NCBI RefSeq assembly: GCF_037902255.1
Contig: NZ_CP147990.1
Location: 3,990,001-4,022,000 of the forward strand
DNA length: 32,000 nucleotides
Reading direction: 5' to 3'
Origin: Candidatus Electrothrix sp. GW3-4
GTDB taxonomy: Bacteria > Desulfobacterota > Desulfobulbia > Desulfobulbales > Desulfobulbaceae
Both the position numbers and the translations under genes were made by a program. The notes under the pieces are model-generated. The model ran no database searches. It was not told the origin of the DNA and worked only from the letters and a program-made list of their open reading frames with translations. Shown one piece after another: positions 18,069-25,949 of this stretch (positions within the stretch are counted from its first letter, which is position 1; each line of letters starts with the position of its first letter).

Positions 18069-18155
18069 GATATCCCTCCTGAAGGAAAAAACAGTAATCT
18101 TCCTGAATTGGTATTCAGATTATTTTATTATAATAGTGTTCGTGCAAGGCAGAAC

Positions 18156-18671
18156 TCAATCTTTTTTCAGCGATGCCAGGACTGCAAAAGGGGAATTGCT
18201 CGTTTCGTTAGCACAGGAACACTCTCCAGTATTCAAATTTACCCCGCACCGCGTACACAGCCCTTTACACTCTGGAGAGCATATCTTTTTTTCCGGCAAC
18301 ACCAGATAGAGCTGTTGTCGAAGGAGATCCGGGATGTCGACCACGGGCTCGTCCACCTGAATAATATCGAGATAGGCCCTTGTGCATTCGAGCTCTTTTA
18401 TGTGGCCGCTCTCTTCGCTTTCCACATCCAGTATATAATGAAAGGCGACCTGGACAGCAAAACAGTAGTCAGTAAGACAACGGTCGCAGGCCAGTAGGAG
18501 CTCGGTATCCAAGTTTCCGCGTACTTCAACTCGTCTATCCGTTTTTCGCGTCAGCGTCAGCTCTGCATGTACTGGCGCATTTTTCTGGAGATCTGTCTGA
18601 GCAAGCCAATCATCATCTGTAATAGCATAACGATTCCCTACTATAGAAATATCTGTAAATTGAACTTTCAT
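18156..18671 (-). CDS. yceD: YceD/DUF177 family protein
   Basis: 171 aa from the internal ATG (18669-18671, MKVQFTDI...). C-terminal Cys cluster CSPECKGLCTRCGVNLNTGECSC. Conserved position upstream of rpmF. Confidence 0.8.
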   Translation of the reverse strand: MKVQFTDISIVGNRYAITDDDWLAQTDLQKNAPVHAELTLTRKTDRRVEVRGNLDTELLLACDRCLTDYCFAVQVAFHYILDVESEESGHIKELECTRAYLDIIQVDEPVVDIPDLLRQQLYLVLPEKKICSPECKGLCTRCGVNLNTGECSCANETSNSPFAVLASLKKD

Positions 18672-18725
18672 TTTGATGCCCGGCAAACCGCCTGTAAACG
18701 AACACGAGTTGTTGCAAGAATAGCC

Positions 18726-18755
18726 ACCATACACAAAAATAACAAGCTATGACAA
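18726..18755 (-). promoter_or_regulatory. Candidate sigma70 promoter for the yceD-rpmF-plsX-fab operon
   Basis: On the minus strand: TTGTCA (18750-18755), 18-nt spacer, TATGGT (18726-18731). Lies about 50 nt upstream of the preferred yceD start. Weak match. Confidence 0.3.
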
Positions 18756-18858
18756 GAAAAAAAGTACAGAATCGCGGGAGGAGTGTAAAAAGAAGGAAAA
18801 GAGTTGCCTCCTCCACCCTCCTTCGTCAAGTTGGTGGCAACGCCATCTGTCACAAGGC

Positions 18859-18886
18859 TTGACAGAAATGATAGATTAAGGATAAC
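18859..18886 (+). promoter_or_regulatory. Candidate sigma70 promoter for the mqnD operon
   Basis: Perfect TTGACA (18859-18864), 16-nt spacer, GATAAC (18881-18886). Lies about 110 nt upstream of the mqnD ATG. Confidence 0.35.
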
Positions 18887-18995
18887 CTGTTAGAGTCAAG
18901 AGGACGGTGAAGGAAACACCAGAGCAAGAAAAAGCAGGTATTACGCAAAAAAACTAAAAATATTTCAGCGGAACATTCACTGAGACATTCTATAT

Positions 18996-19838
18996 ATGGC
19001 CCTCCCGCTTAGCATAGGCTACTCACCATGCCCCAATGACACCTTTATCTTCTACGCCCTGATGCACGGAAAAATCCCTCTCCGGCATATTCAATTTACT
19101 CCACCGGTGCTTAAAGACGTTGAAACCCTCAATAGATGGGCCATCAACTCCAGGCTTGACGTGACCAAGGTATCCTTGCATGCCCTGGGACATGTGCAGG
19201 ACAGCTACACCATGCTCAATGCGGGTGCAGCTCTTGGTCGAGGCTGCGGCCCTCTTCTGATAACACAACCGGGGCAGAAAACAGCCCCTTCCTCCTGGAG
19301 GATCGCTATCCCAGGAAAATACACAACCGCTGCCCTTCTCCTTACCCTCTTCCTTCCCGAACCCAGCAAGTTGATAGCCATGCCCTTTGATACCATCATG
19401 GATGCCATCAAAGAGGGCAAGGTAGATGCCGGAGTGATTATCCACGAAAGCCGTTTCACCTATCAAAATTACGGACTTGTCTGCGTGCAGGACCTAGGCG
19501 AGTGGTGGGAGAAGGAAACCGGACTTCCCATTCCTCTAGGCTGTATCGCAGCCCGCAAGAGCCTTGGCCAGCAAACCATCAAAGAGAGCGAGGAGGCCAT
19601 AGCAGCCAGCCTCCGCTGGGCCTCTGCCCATCCAGAGACCTGCACCGCCTATATCAAACAATATGCGCAGGAGCTGGATGACCGGGTGATTTCTGAGCAT
19701 ATCAAACTCTATGTTAATAATTTTTCTATAGACCTTACCGACACAGGGCGGGCCGCTGTGCAGGAACTGCTTCGCCGAGGAAAAAACGCCGGAATTTTCA
19801 CGGGGGCTTCTGCTCCCGGAGTTCAATCGTACGTATGA
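18996..19838 (+). CDS. mqnD: 1,4-dihydroxy-6-naphthoate synthase (futalosine pathway)
   Basis: 280 aa. GYSPCPNDTFIFYALMHGKI N-terminus and periplasmic-binding-like fold pattern typical of MqnD. Its stop overlaps the next start (ATGA). Confidence 0.85.
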   Translation: MALPLSIGYSPCPNDTFIFYALMHGKIPLRHIQFTPPVLKDVETLNRWAINSRLDVTKVSLHALGHVQDSYTMLNAGAALGRGCGPLLITQPGQKTAPSSWRIAIPGKYTTAALLLTLFLPEPSKLIAMPFDTIMDAIKEGKVDAGVIIHESRFTYQNYGLVCVQDLGEWWEKETGLPIPLGCIAARKSLGQQTIKESEEAIAASLRWASAHPETCTAYIKQYAQELDDRVISEHIKLYVNNFSIDLTDTGRAAVQELLRRGKNAGIFTGASAPGVQSYV

Positions 19839-20938
19839 GAAAAAAAAAGGATTCGCATCCGCTGTCACATCCCCTGGCCCCCTATCCTGTTCTGGGAATC
19901 TGTGGAGACAGCGGGGCAGGAAAAACCACCCTTATTGAGGCATTAATCCCCCGTCTCCGCTCCAGAGGACTGCATGTCGCAGTGGTCAAAGACGGGGCAC
20001 ACAAGGTTCAGATTGATACACGGGGCAAGGATAGTGATCGTTTTTTTTCTGCGGGTGCAGATGTGGTCCTTCTGGGAGAGCAGCCTTTTCTTCGGCACCA
20101 GCAACAGGGTGACCTAATTGCCTTCTTGGTTACCCTTTGCTCTTCCTATGATATTGTTCTGGTCGAGGGACATGCGGCAACGGCAATCCCGAAGGTCTGG
20201 CTCTCCGGCCCAGGAGGACAGCATGATCTGCCACCGCAAAACAAGGGGCAGATCCTTGCCGTCCTGAACAGACAACAGGCCACGGTTGACCACATCTTCA
20301 GCCTCGTCCAATCGCTGATCACAACCAAGTGGGAGCAAACGCCTATTTGGGGTTGCATACTGATCGGTGGCAAGAGCAGCCGAATGGGCAGGCCCAAGCA
20401 TCTTATTCGAGAAAAAGACAAAACCTGGCTCGAACATGCCGTGGAGACCTTGAGCCCCAAGGTGGATCAAGTGGTCCTTTCCGGCTCAGGGGAGATTCCG
20501 AGCACACTTTCCTCTCTCCCCCGCATCCCTGATGCACCCGGACTGGCAGGCCCTCTTGCTGGCATCCTTTCAGCCATGCGCTGGCAGCGCACTGTTTCCT
20601 GGTTGGTGATGGCCTGTGACCAGCCTGATGTACAACCGGAAAGCCTGGACTGGCTCCTTACCCAACGCCAACCCGGTATCCGGGCCGTCCTGCCAGACCT
20701 GCTCGGGGACGGTCATCTTGAACCACTCCTTGCCTGGTATGACTTTCGCTGCCGTCCGCAGCTGGAAAGCATCATCGCCTCCGGCTCCCTCCGGATCAGT
20801 CGACTGGCAGACCAAGTAGGGGTCCGCCATTTTCAGCCCCCTGAACATCTGCACAGTTCTTGGCGCAATGTCAACACCCCGGATCAAATAGCACGAAAAG
20901 AGAAGAGAGCCTGCCGAAAATTGGAGAACCCATGCTGA
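19835..20938 (+). CDS. mobA: Fused MobB-MobA (molybdopterin-guanine dinucleotide biosynthesis adaptor + molybdenum cofactor guanylyltransferase)
   Basis: 367 aa. The N-terminal half has a Walker A (GICGDSGAGKTTL) and the MobB pattern VAVVKDGAHKVQIDTRGKDSDRF. The C-terminal half has the MobA motif ILIGGKSSRMGRPKHLI and ACDQP. Confidence 0.85.
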   Translation: MRKKKDSHPLSHPLAPYPVLGICGDSGAGKTTLIEALIPRLRSRGLHVAVVKDGAHKVQIDTRGKDSDRFFSAGADVVLLGEQPFLRHQQQGDLIAFLVTLCSSYDIVLVEGHAATAIPKVWLSGPGGQHDLPPQNKGQILAVLNRQQATVDHIFSLVQSLITTKWEQTPIWGCILIGGKSSRMGRPKHLIREKDKTWLEHAVETLSPKVDQVVLSGSGEIPSTLSSLPRIPDAPGLAGPLAGILSAMRWQRTVSWLVMACDQPDVQPESLDWLLTQRQPGIRAVLPDLLGDGHLEPLLAWYDFRCRPQLESIIASGSLRISRLADQVGVRHFQPPEHLHSSWRNVNTPDQIARKEKRACRKLENPC

Positions 20939-22422
20939 TTATTCCTGTTTCCGACGGTCCTCAAAGACGATTTCCTTGTCTAACGATTTTCCTTATCCTG
21001 CTCAATATAGGAGTTTTCCTTTACTTTCAGCATAGCGAGCAACAGAGATACATGCAAGCTGTCTCCTGGGCTCGCTCTTCAGGGCTTCTGGAGATAGAAC
21101 TGGAGGTCTACCAAGAATATCTCCAACGCCGGCACGAAGCGATTCCCGATATCCTCCACGACACCAAAAAACCCACAGCGATCTTTCAGTATCTTATCCA
21201 GGATGACCGATTTCAATCTGCGCTCCGCCAGCACATTTTGATTCCGCCAGCTGATCCCCGTTTTGCCAACTGGTCTCCTAAGCGAAAAACCTTTGAAGAG
21301 AAATTGGACCAAAGCCTTGCCTATCGCTTCGGTTATTCTCCAGCCCGTAAAAATTATCTCGGTATAACCACCTACATGTTTCTTCACGACGGGCTCATCC
21401 CGCTTGTCGGCAATATGCTGTTCCTCTGGTTTGTCGGCTCCTGGATCGAAATAGGCATCGGCCGTATCCTCTATCTTGGGATCTATTTCATGACCGGGGC
21501 CTTTTCCGCCTTAGCCTTTGGTTTCATCCACCCGTTCAATCAAGGCCCACTCCTCAGCGCATCTGGTGCGATTGCCGGACTCATGGGAACCTACCTGCTG
21601 ATATATTGCGGCCAAAGGAGCAGGGTACTCTGCTCGTTAGGATTTTGCAGCAGACACACGACAGTCTTTGGCTGGTTTCTCTTTCCCTTCTGGATAAGCA
21701 AAGAAGTCTACCTTTTTGCCAATTTTCCAAAGACCCAAGAGGTTGCAGCCCACGCTGGTGGCCTCCTCGCAGGTATCATGATAGGGCTCACCTTCCGAGC
21801 ACACGAAGAAAAACAGGCAGGCGGAGAAGAGATTCTCACAGAACCACAAGCAAGAGCAAGCCAAGGCGCTCTTCTGCTCCCTGAACAACACCTCCACATT
21901 CCAGAAGACCTCTCTGGTAAAGAGGCTGCAAGCCTCAGAAAAAAAATCCTCGGGGCATTGAAGAAAGATCCTCATAATCTGACCGATCTTGCCCGACTTT
22001 TTCATCTGGATAAACGCAACCCGAAAAGTGACCAGTTTCACAGGAGCGCCGGAAGGCTCCTCCAGCAACTTGCCGCGCTGAAGAGATACCCGGATCTTTA
22101 TGAATACTTTGAAGAGTATAAAAAAGAGAGTCCTTCCCCTCGCCTGCAACCCTCTGTCATGCTTGCTCTTGCTGAAATACATATTCGTTCCGGCAGGACA
22201 AGCCAAGCTGCTCGTTTTCTCCTCCTCCTCATAAAGCAACGCCCGCAATATCCGGGACTCCCCTCCTGCCTCTTTCAACTCGGCAATGCCTATCGAGAGC
22301 AGGGGCAAGAAGAGCGGGCGGAAAAATGCTTTCAGCTCATCTGTAAGCAGTATCCCCAGACGATTATCAGTCAGCAGGCAGAAGAAATGCTGACACCACC
22401 CTATAGCATTATGGTGCGGTAG
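20932..22422 (+). CDS. Rhomboid family intramembrane serine protease with C-terminal TPR-like domain
   Basis: I chose the start at ATG 20932, with GGAG 5 nt upstream; it overlaps the mobA stop as ATGCTGA. Catalytic GxSG in SASGAIAGLMG and catalytic His in AAHAGGLLAG. The C-terminal roughly 170 aa are helical-repeat/TPR-like (QLGNAYREQGQEERAEKCFQ). Confidence 0.8.
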   Translation: MLIIPVSDGPQRRFPCLTIFLILLNIGVFLYFQHSEQQRYMQAVSWARSSGLLEIELEVYQEYLQRRHEAIPDILHDTKKPTAIFQYLIQDDRFQSALRQHILIPPADPRFANWSPKRKTFEEKLDQSLAYRFGYSPARKNYLGITTYMFLHDGLIPLVGNMLFLWFVGSWIEIGIGRILYLGIYFMTGAFSALAFGFIHPFNQGPLLSASGAIAGLMGTYLLIYCGQRSRVLCSLGFCSRHTTVFGWFLFPFWISKEVYLFANFPKTQEVAAHAGGLLAGIMIGLTFRAHEEKQAGGEEILTEPQARASQGALLLPEQHLHIPEDLSGKEAASLRKKILGALKKDPHNLTDLARLFHLDKRNPKSDQFHRSAGRLLQQLAALKRYPDLYEYFEEYKKESPSPRLQPSVMLALAEIHIRSGRTSQAARFLLLLIKQRPQYPGLPSCLFQLGNAYREQGQEERAEKCFQLICKQYPQTIISQQAEEMLTPPYSIMVR

Positions 22423-22902
22423 AAAACCCAGTACTGACAGCAGGGAACAAACTCTTGTACAATCAGGTCCCCCTAAGGCCTCTGCTCAGCCTCTGATCAG
22501 GATGCTGCATCCGATCTGTTTCGCCACCGGCTTTCCGCAGTTTTCGTTGTAATCTTTCGCCGCCCAGAGCAATACATAATCTCCGAAATTCGCTCGGTTC
22601 TTTCCTCAGTCATGCAATTACGGCCTGCCTGGGAGGCTCATAATGTGTTTCAGGGTCTTATTTGCCAAGCAAGTAAAGCAAGGAATGAAGCAAAGCTTTG
22701 CCACGCTTACGGGCATTATGAATATGTTCGACATCAGACGTTTTTCAGTCAGCAACGAAGTTGGCTTCAGAAAAAACGGTGACGAATGGACACATTTACG
22801 ATGTTCTGTTACTATAAGCGGATAATTCGTGTATTCTCACCCACGCTTGATGTTACAAGTGCTGAAAAAACATTATTGCTCATCTGCCACAGGCCTGCTC
22901 AA

Positions 22903-23565
22903 ATGAAAAATATAATGATCGCCCCCTCCATACTCTCTGCAGATTTCTCCCAACTCGGTGCTGAGATCCAGGCCGTGGAGAAGGCTGGAGCTGAAGTCAT
23001 CCACATTGACGTGATGGACGGGCATTTTGTCCCCAATATCACCATCGGCCCCTTGGTGGTGGAAGCAGTACGGCGGGTCACGAACCTGCCCCTGGACGTC
23101 CACCTGATGATCAGCGACCCGGACCGCTATGTCAAAGCCTTTGCCGAGGCCGGGGCCGACTGGATCACCGTGCATGTGGAGACCTGCATCCACCTCCACC
23201 GGACTCTGAACTTCATCCGTAGCCTGGGAAAAAAGGCAGGCGCGGTCCTTAACCCGGCAACCCCTCTGTCCACCTTGGACTATGTCCTGGAAGAGGTGGA
23301 TTTGGTCATGCTGATGAGCGTTAATCCCGGCTTTGGTGGCCAAGGCTTTATCGCCTCTACCCTGGAGAAATGCCGCACACTGCGGACCATGTTGGATCAG
23401 ATTAACCCGGAAGCGGGCATAGAGATCGACGGAGGGATGAGCCCCAAGACCATTGGTGCAATGGCAGCAGCCGGGGCAAATATCTTTGTGGCCGGTTCCG
23501 CAGTCTATGGGCAGGAGGATTATGCGTCCGTGATTGAAGAAATGAAAACGCTGGCAGGATGCTGA
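22903..23565 (+). CDS. rpe: Ribulose-phosphate 3-epimerase
   Basis: 220 aa from ATG 22903 (MKNIMIAPSILSADF). Motifs HIDVMDGHFVPN and MSVNPGFGGQGF. The upstream 39-codon ORF extension is not Rpe-like. Confidence 0.93.
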   Translation: MKNIMIAPSILSADFSQLGAEIQAVEKAGAEVIHIDVMDGHFVPNITIGPLVVEAVRRVTNLPLDVHLMISDPDRYVKAFAEAGADWITVHVETCIHLHRTLNFIRSLGKKAGAVLNPATPLSTLDYVLEEVDLVMLMSVNPGFGGQGFIASTLEKCRTLRTMLDQINPEAGIEIDGGMSPKTIGAMAAAGANIFVAGSAVYGQEDYASVIEEMKTLAGC

Positions 23566-23885
23566 TGGGCCCCAGACAACTCCCTAAGAGAGATAAGAAG
23601 ACGATGCCCCTTCTCCAATGGTACCAAAGCGCGGCTGTGGTGGTCATGCGGATCTTCCGCTGGGACCTGCAACTCCATTTTTTCTGGGGTTTTGTCCTGA
23701 CCCTGCTCGGTGTGTACTGGCCCCCTCTCTATGCCTCCGGTATCCTGGTAACGATCGTCAAAGAGGGCCTGGATCTCTGGAGCAAGAAGCTCTGGAGCTG
23801 GGACGATGTCTGGCTGGGCATTATCGGCTCCCTGGTTGCGCTGGGGTATCTCTCTTCGCAGGATGTATTGGTGATTGGTCTGTGA
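23559..23885 (+). CDS. Hypothetical small membrane protein
   Basis: 108-aa ORF whose ATG overlaps the rpe stop (ATGCTGA). Two or three hydrophobic helices (FFWGFVLTLLGVYWPPLYASGILVTIV and VWLGIIGSLVALGYL). The overlapping alternative-frame ORF 23618-23944 has an R/C/G/P-rich junk-like composition. The true start could be an internal Met (23604 or 23646). Confidence 0.5.
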   Translation: MLMGPRQLPKRDKKTMPLLQWYQSAAVVVMRIFRWDLQLHFFWGFVLTLLGVYWPPLYASGILVTIVKEGLDLWSKKLWSWDDVWLGIIGSLVALGYLSSQDVLVIGL

Positions 23886-23944
23886 CCCAACACAAGAAGA
23901 ACCTATTTTCTCGGCGCTATTGCGAAAATTTCAGGAGACAATGA

Positions 23945-25549
23945 ATGGATTTCTTCAACAACTTTGCTGAGCTCAAGGCCACGAAAAAACTGGAACAGCT
24001 GGCCCGTACCCCCTATAATCTGACTGCTCCCAACGCCCTCTCTCCTGAACGGCTTGCTGCCTACCAGGTCTCAGCCTGCGGCCTTGACTTTTTCTATGGG
24101 ACCCAGCGAGTCGATGGACAGGTCATGGAGGCCCTGCAGGGGCTTGCTGATGAGGCCCAACTGGTTGCCCAGTTCAAGGCCATGAAATCCGGTGCCATCA
24201 TGAACAGGATCATCGGCCAGGACAGCGAAGAGCGACAGGTCCTGCACACGGCCTGCCGGGATCTTTTCACGCCCCCCCCTTTTGCCCCTGAGGCAACAGC
24301 CGAGGCCAGGACCCAGCTGGCCCGTCTGCAAAGATTCCTGGCTGAGCTGGAGAACGGCACCATCTGCAATACCAAGGGTGAACCCTTTACCACCATGGTG
24401 CAGATAGGGATCGGCGGCTCTGATCTGGGGCCTCGCGCCCTCTTTCAGGCCCTGCAGCCCTATTGCCAGCAAGGACGCAGGGCCTGCTTTATCGCCAATG
24501 TGGACCCCGACGATGCAGCCGCAGTCCTCTCTGAGCTGGATCTCTCCCACACCCTGATCAATGTGGTGTCCAAGAGCGGCACTACCCTGGAGACCCTGAC
24601 CAACGAGGAACTGGTCCGCTCAGCCCTGGTAACCGCTGGACTTGATCCTGCCCGCCATATGATCGCGGTCACCGGGGCAGGCAGCCCCATGGATGATCCA
24701 ACGCGCTATCTGGCGGCATTTCATATGTACGAGTACATCGGGGGACGCTATTCTGCCACCTCCATGGTCGGTGGGGTGACCCTAGCCTTTGCCCTGGGAT
24801 ATGCAAATTTTATTGAACTGTTACGGGGAGCTAACGATATCGACCAATCAACAGAGCAGCTCGATATCAACGAGAACATCCCCCTGCTCATGGCCCTGTT
24901 GGGTATCTGGAACCGTAATTTCTTAGGCTATAATAGCGTGGCGATCCTGCCCTACAGCCAGGCCCTGCTCCGCTTCCCAGCCCATCTCCAGCAATGCGAC
25001 ATGGAGAGCAACGGCAAACAAAGCACAAGGTTAGGTAGCTCTGTACAATGGCCGACCGGCCCCATCGTCTGGGGCGAGCCCGGCACCAATGGCCAGCACG
25101 CCTTTTATCAGCTCCTCCACCAAGGCAGCGAGATCGTGCCTGCCGAGTTTATCGGCTTCCGCCAGTCCCAGTACCAACAGGATATCACGATCAACGGCAC
25201 CACCTCCCAACAGAAACTGCTCGCCAATATGCTGGCCCAGTCCCTGGCCTTGGCCCTAGGCCGGGCCCATGAGAATCCCAACAGGTCTTTTGCAGGCAAC
25301 CGGCCCAGCTCCCTGCTCATCACCGATCGCCTGACCCCCTACAGTATGGGTGCCTTGCTGGCCCTGTATGAAAACAAGATCGTCCTGCAAGGCTTTTGCT
25401 GGAACATCAACTCCTTTGACCAGGAAGGTGTCCAACTGGGCAAGGTGCTGGCCAACCGCATCCTCTCTGAGCTGGCAGGAGAGGAGAGCGGGGAGCTGCT
25501 CAGCCCGGACTCCCCGGAAATTTCCCTGCTCAGGGCCGCAGGACTTTAG
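23945..25549 (+). CDS. pgi: Glucose-6-phosphate isomerase
   Basis: 534 aa. PGI motifs GIGGSDLGP, SKSGTTLET, GQHAFYQLLHQG. GGAG RBS. Confidence 0.93.
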   Translation: MDFFNNFAELKATKKLEQLARTPYNLTAPNALSPERLAAYQVSACGLDFFYGTQRVDGQVMEALQGLADEAQLVAQFKAMKSGAIMNRIIGQDSEERQVLHTACRDLFTPPPFAPEATAEARTQLARLQRFLAELENGTICNTKGEPFTTMVQIGIGGSDLGPRALFQALQPYCQQGRRACFIANVDPDDAAAVLSELDLSHTLINVVSKSGTTLETLTNEELVRSALVTAGLDPARHMIAVTGAGSPMDDPTRYLAAFHMYEYIGGRYSATSMVGGVTLAFALGYANFIELLRGANDIDQSTEQLDINENIPLLMALLGIWNRNFLGYNSVAILPYSQALLRFPAHLQQCDMESNGKQSTRLGSSVQWPTGPIVWGEPGTNGQHAFYQLLHQGSEIVPAEFIGFRQSQYQQDITINGTTSQQKLLANMLAQSLALALGRAHENPNRSFAGNRPSSLLITDRLTPYSMGALLALYENKIVLQGFCWNINSFDQEGVQLGKVLANRILSELAGEESGELLSPDSPEISLLRAAGL

Positions 25550-25820
25550 AAGCATGATACACCAGAAAACTTTCCCCAAATTGGCCACATCCTCAAAAGC
25601 GAACCCGGTCGGGAGGAGTTCTTGCCTCCTGCCGTCTCCCTTTCTACCTTGTCCTGAACGGGAGACAAAAAATATCGGACGGTTCTTTCCATCCGTTGCA
25701 CTGGTGCCAACATTATAGTAGAGTAGCGTATATCCGACGTGTCGTTATCGGGTGAAGCAGCGCTCTTTTTTGCAACAAAGACGCATTATTTACTACGAAA
25801 AATATTCAGTAATAGCATCA

Positions 25821-25848
25821 TTTCACCGTTCAATGCATAAGGTATAAT
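25821..25848 (+). promoter_or_regulatory. Candidate promoter for the hybrid histidine kinase
   Basis: Perfect -10 TATAAT at 25843-25848. Only a poor -35 (TTTCAC, 25821-25826, 16-nt spacer). Lies about 100 nt upstream of the ATG. Confidence 0.35.
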
Positions 25849-25949
25849 GTATCGCCGCCCCAGAAGCGGGATTTTGGCCCGAAGCTGCACAAAAAAACTC
25901 CGACTCTCTTTATGAGACAAGCGGCACGGACTACGACCTGATTCTCTAC

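Noticed and set aside
18672-18995. Possible Moco riboswitch upstream of the mqnD-mobBA operon; possible replication-origin-like strand switch
   Set aside because: I could not match the region to the Moco RNA consensus from memory. No DnaA-box (TTATCCACA) clusters are visible. It is treated only as a divergent promoter region.
20932-20938. Identical ATGCTGA start/stop overlap at two unrelated junctions (20932-20938 and 23559-23565)
   Set aside because: The 7-nt identity is most likely coincidence arising from common overlap geometry, and the flanking sequences are unrelated.
21637-22308. 223-aa minus-strand ORF
   Set aside because: It is antisense to the rhomboid-TPR gene, which carries the catalytic motifs. 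It has no RBS or motif support.
22643-22825. 60-aa plus-strand ORF, plus a minus-strand peptide of about 38 aa starting at 22613, in the rpe upstream spacer
   Set aside because: They have no RBS, odd composition and no recognisable similarity. I kept the region as a non-coding finding instead.
23618-23944. 108-aa alternative-frame ORF overlapping the small membrane protein
   Set aside because: It has an R/C/G/P-rich junk-like composition. The 23559 frame gives coherent hydrophobic helices and a coupled start.
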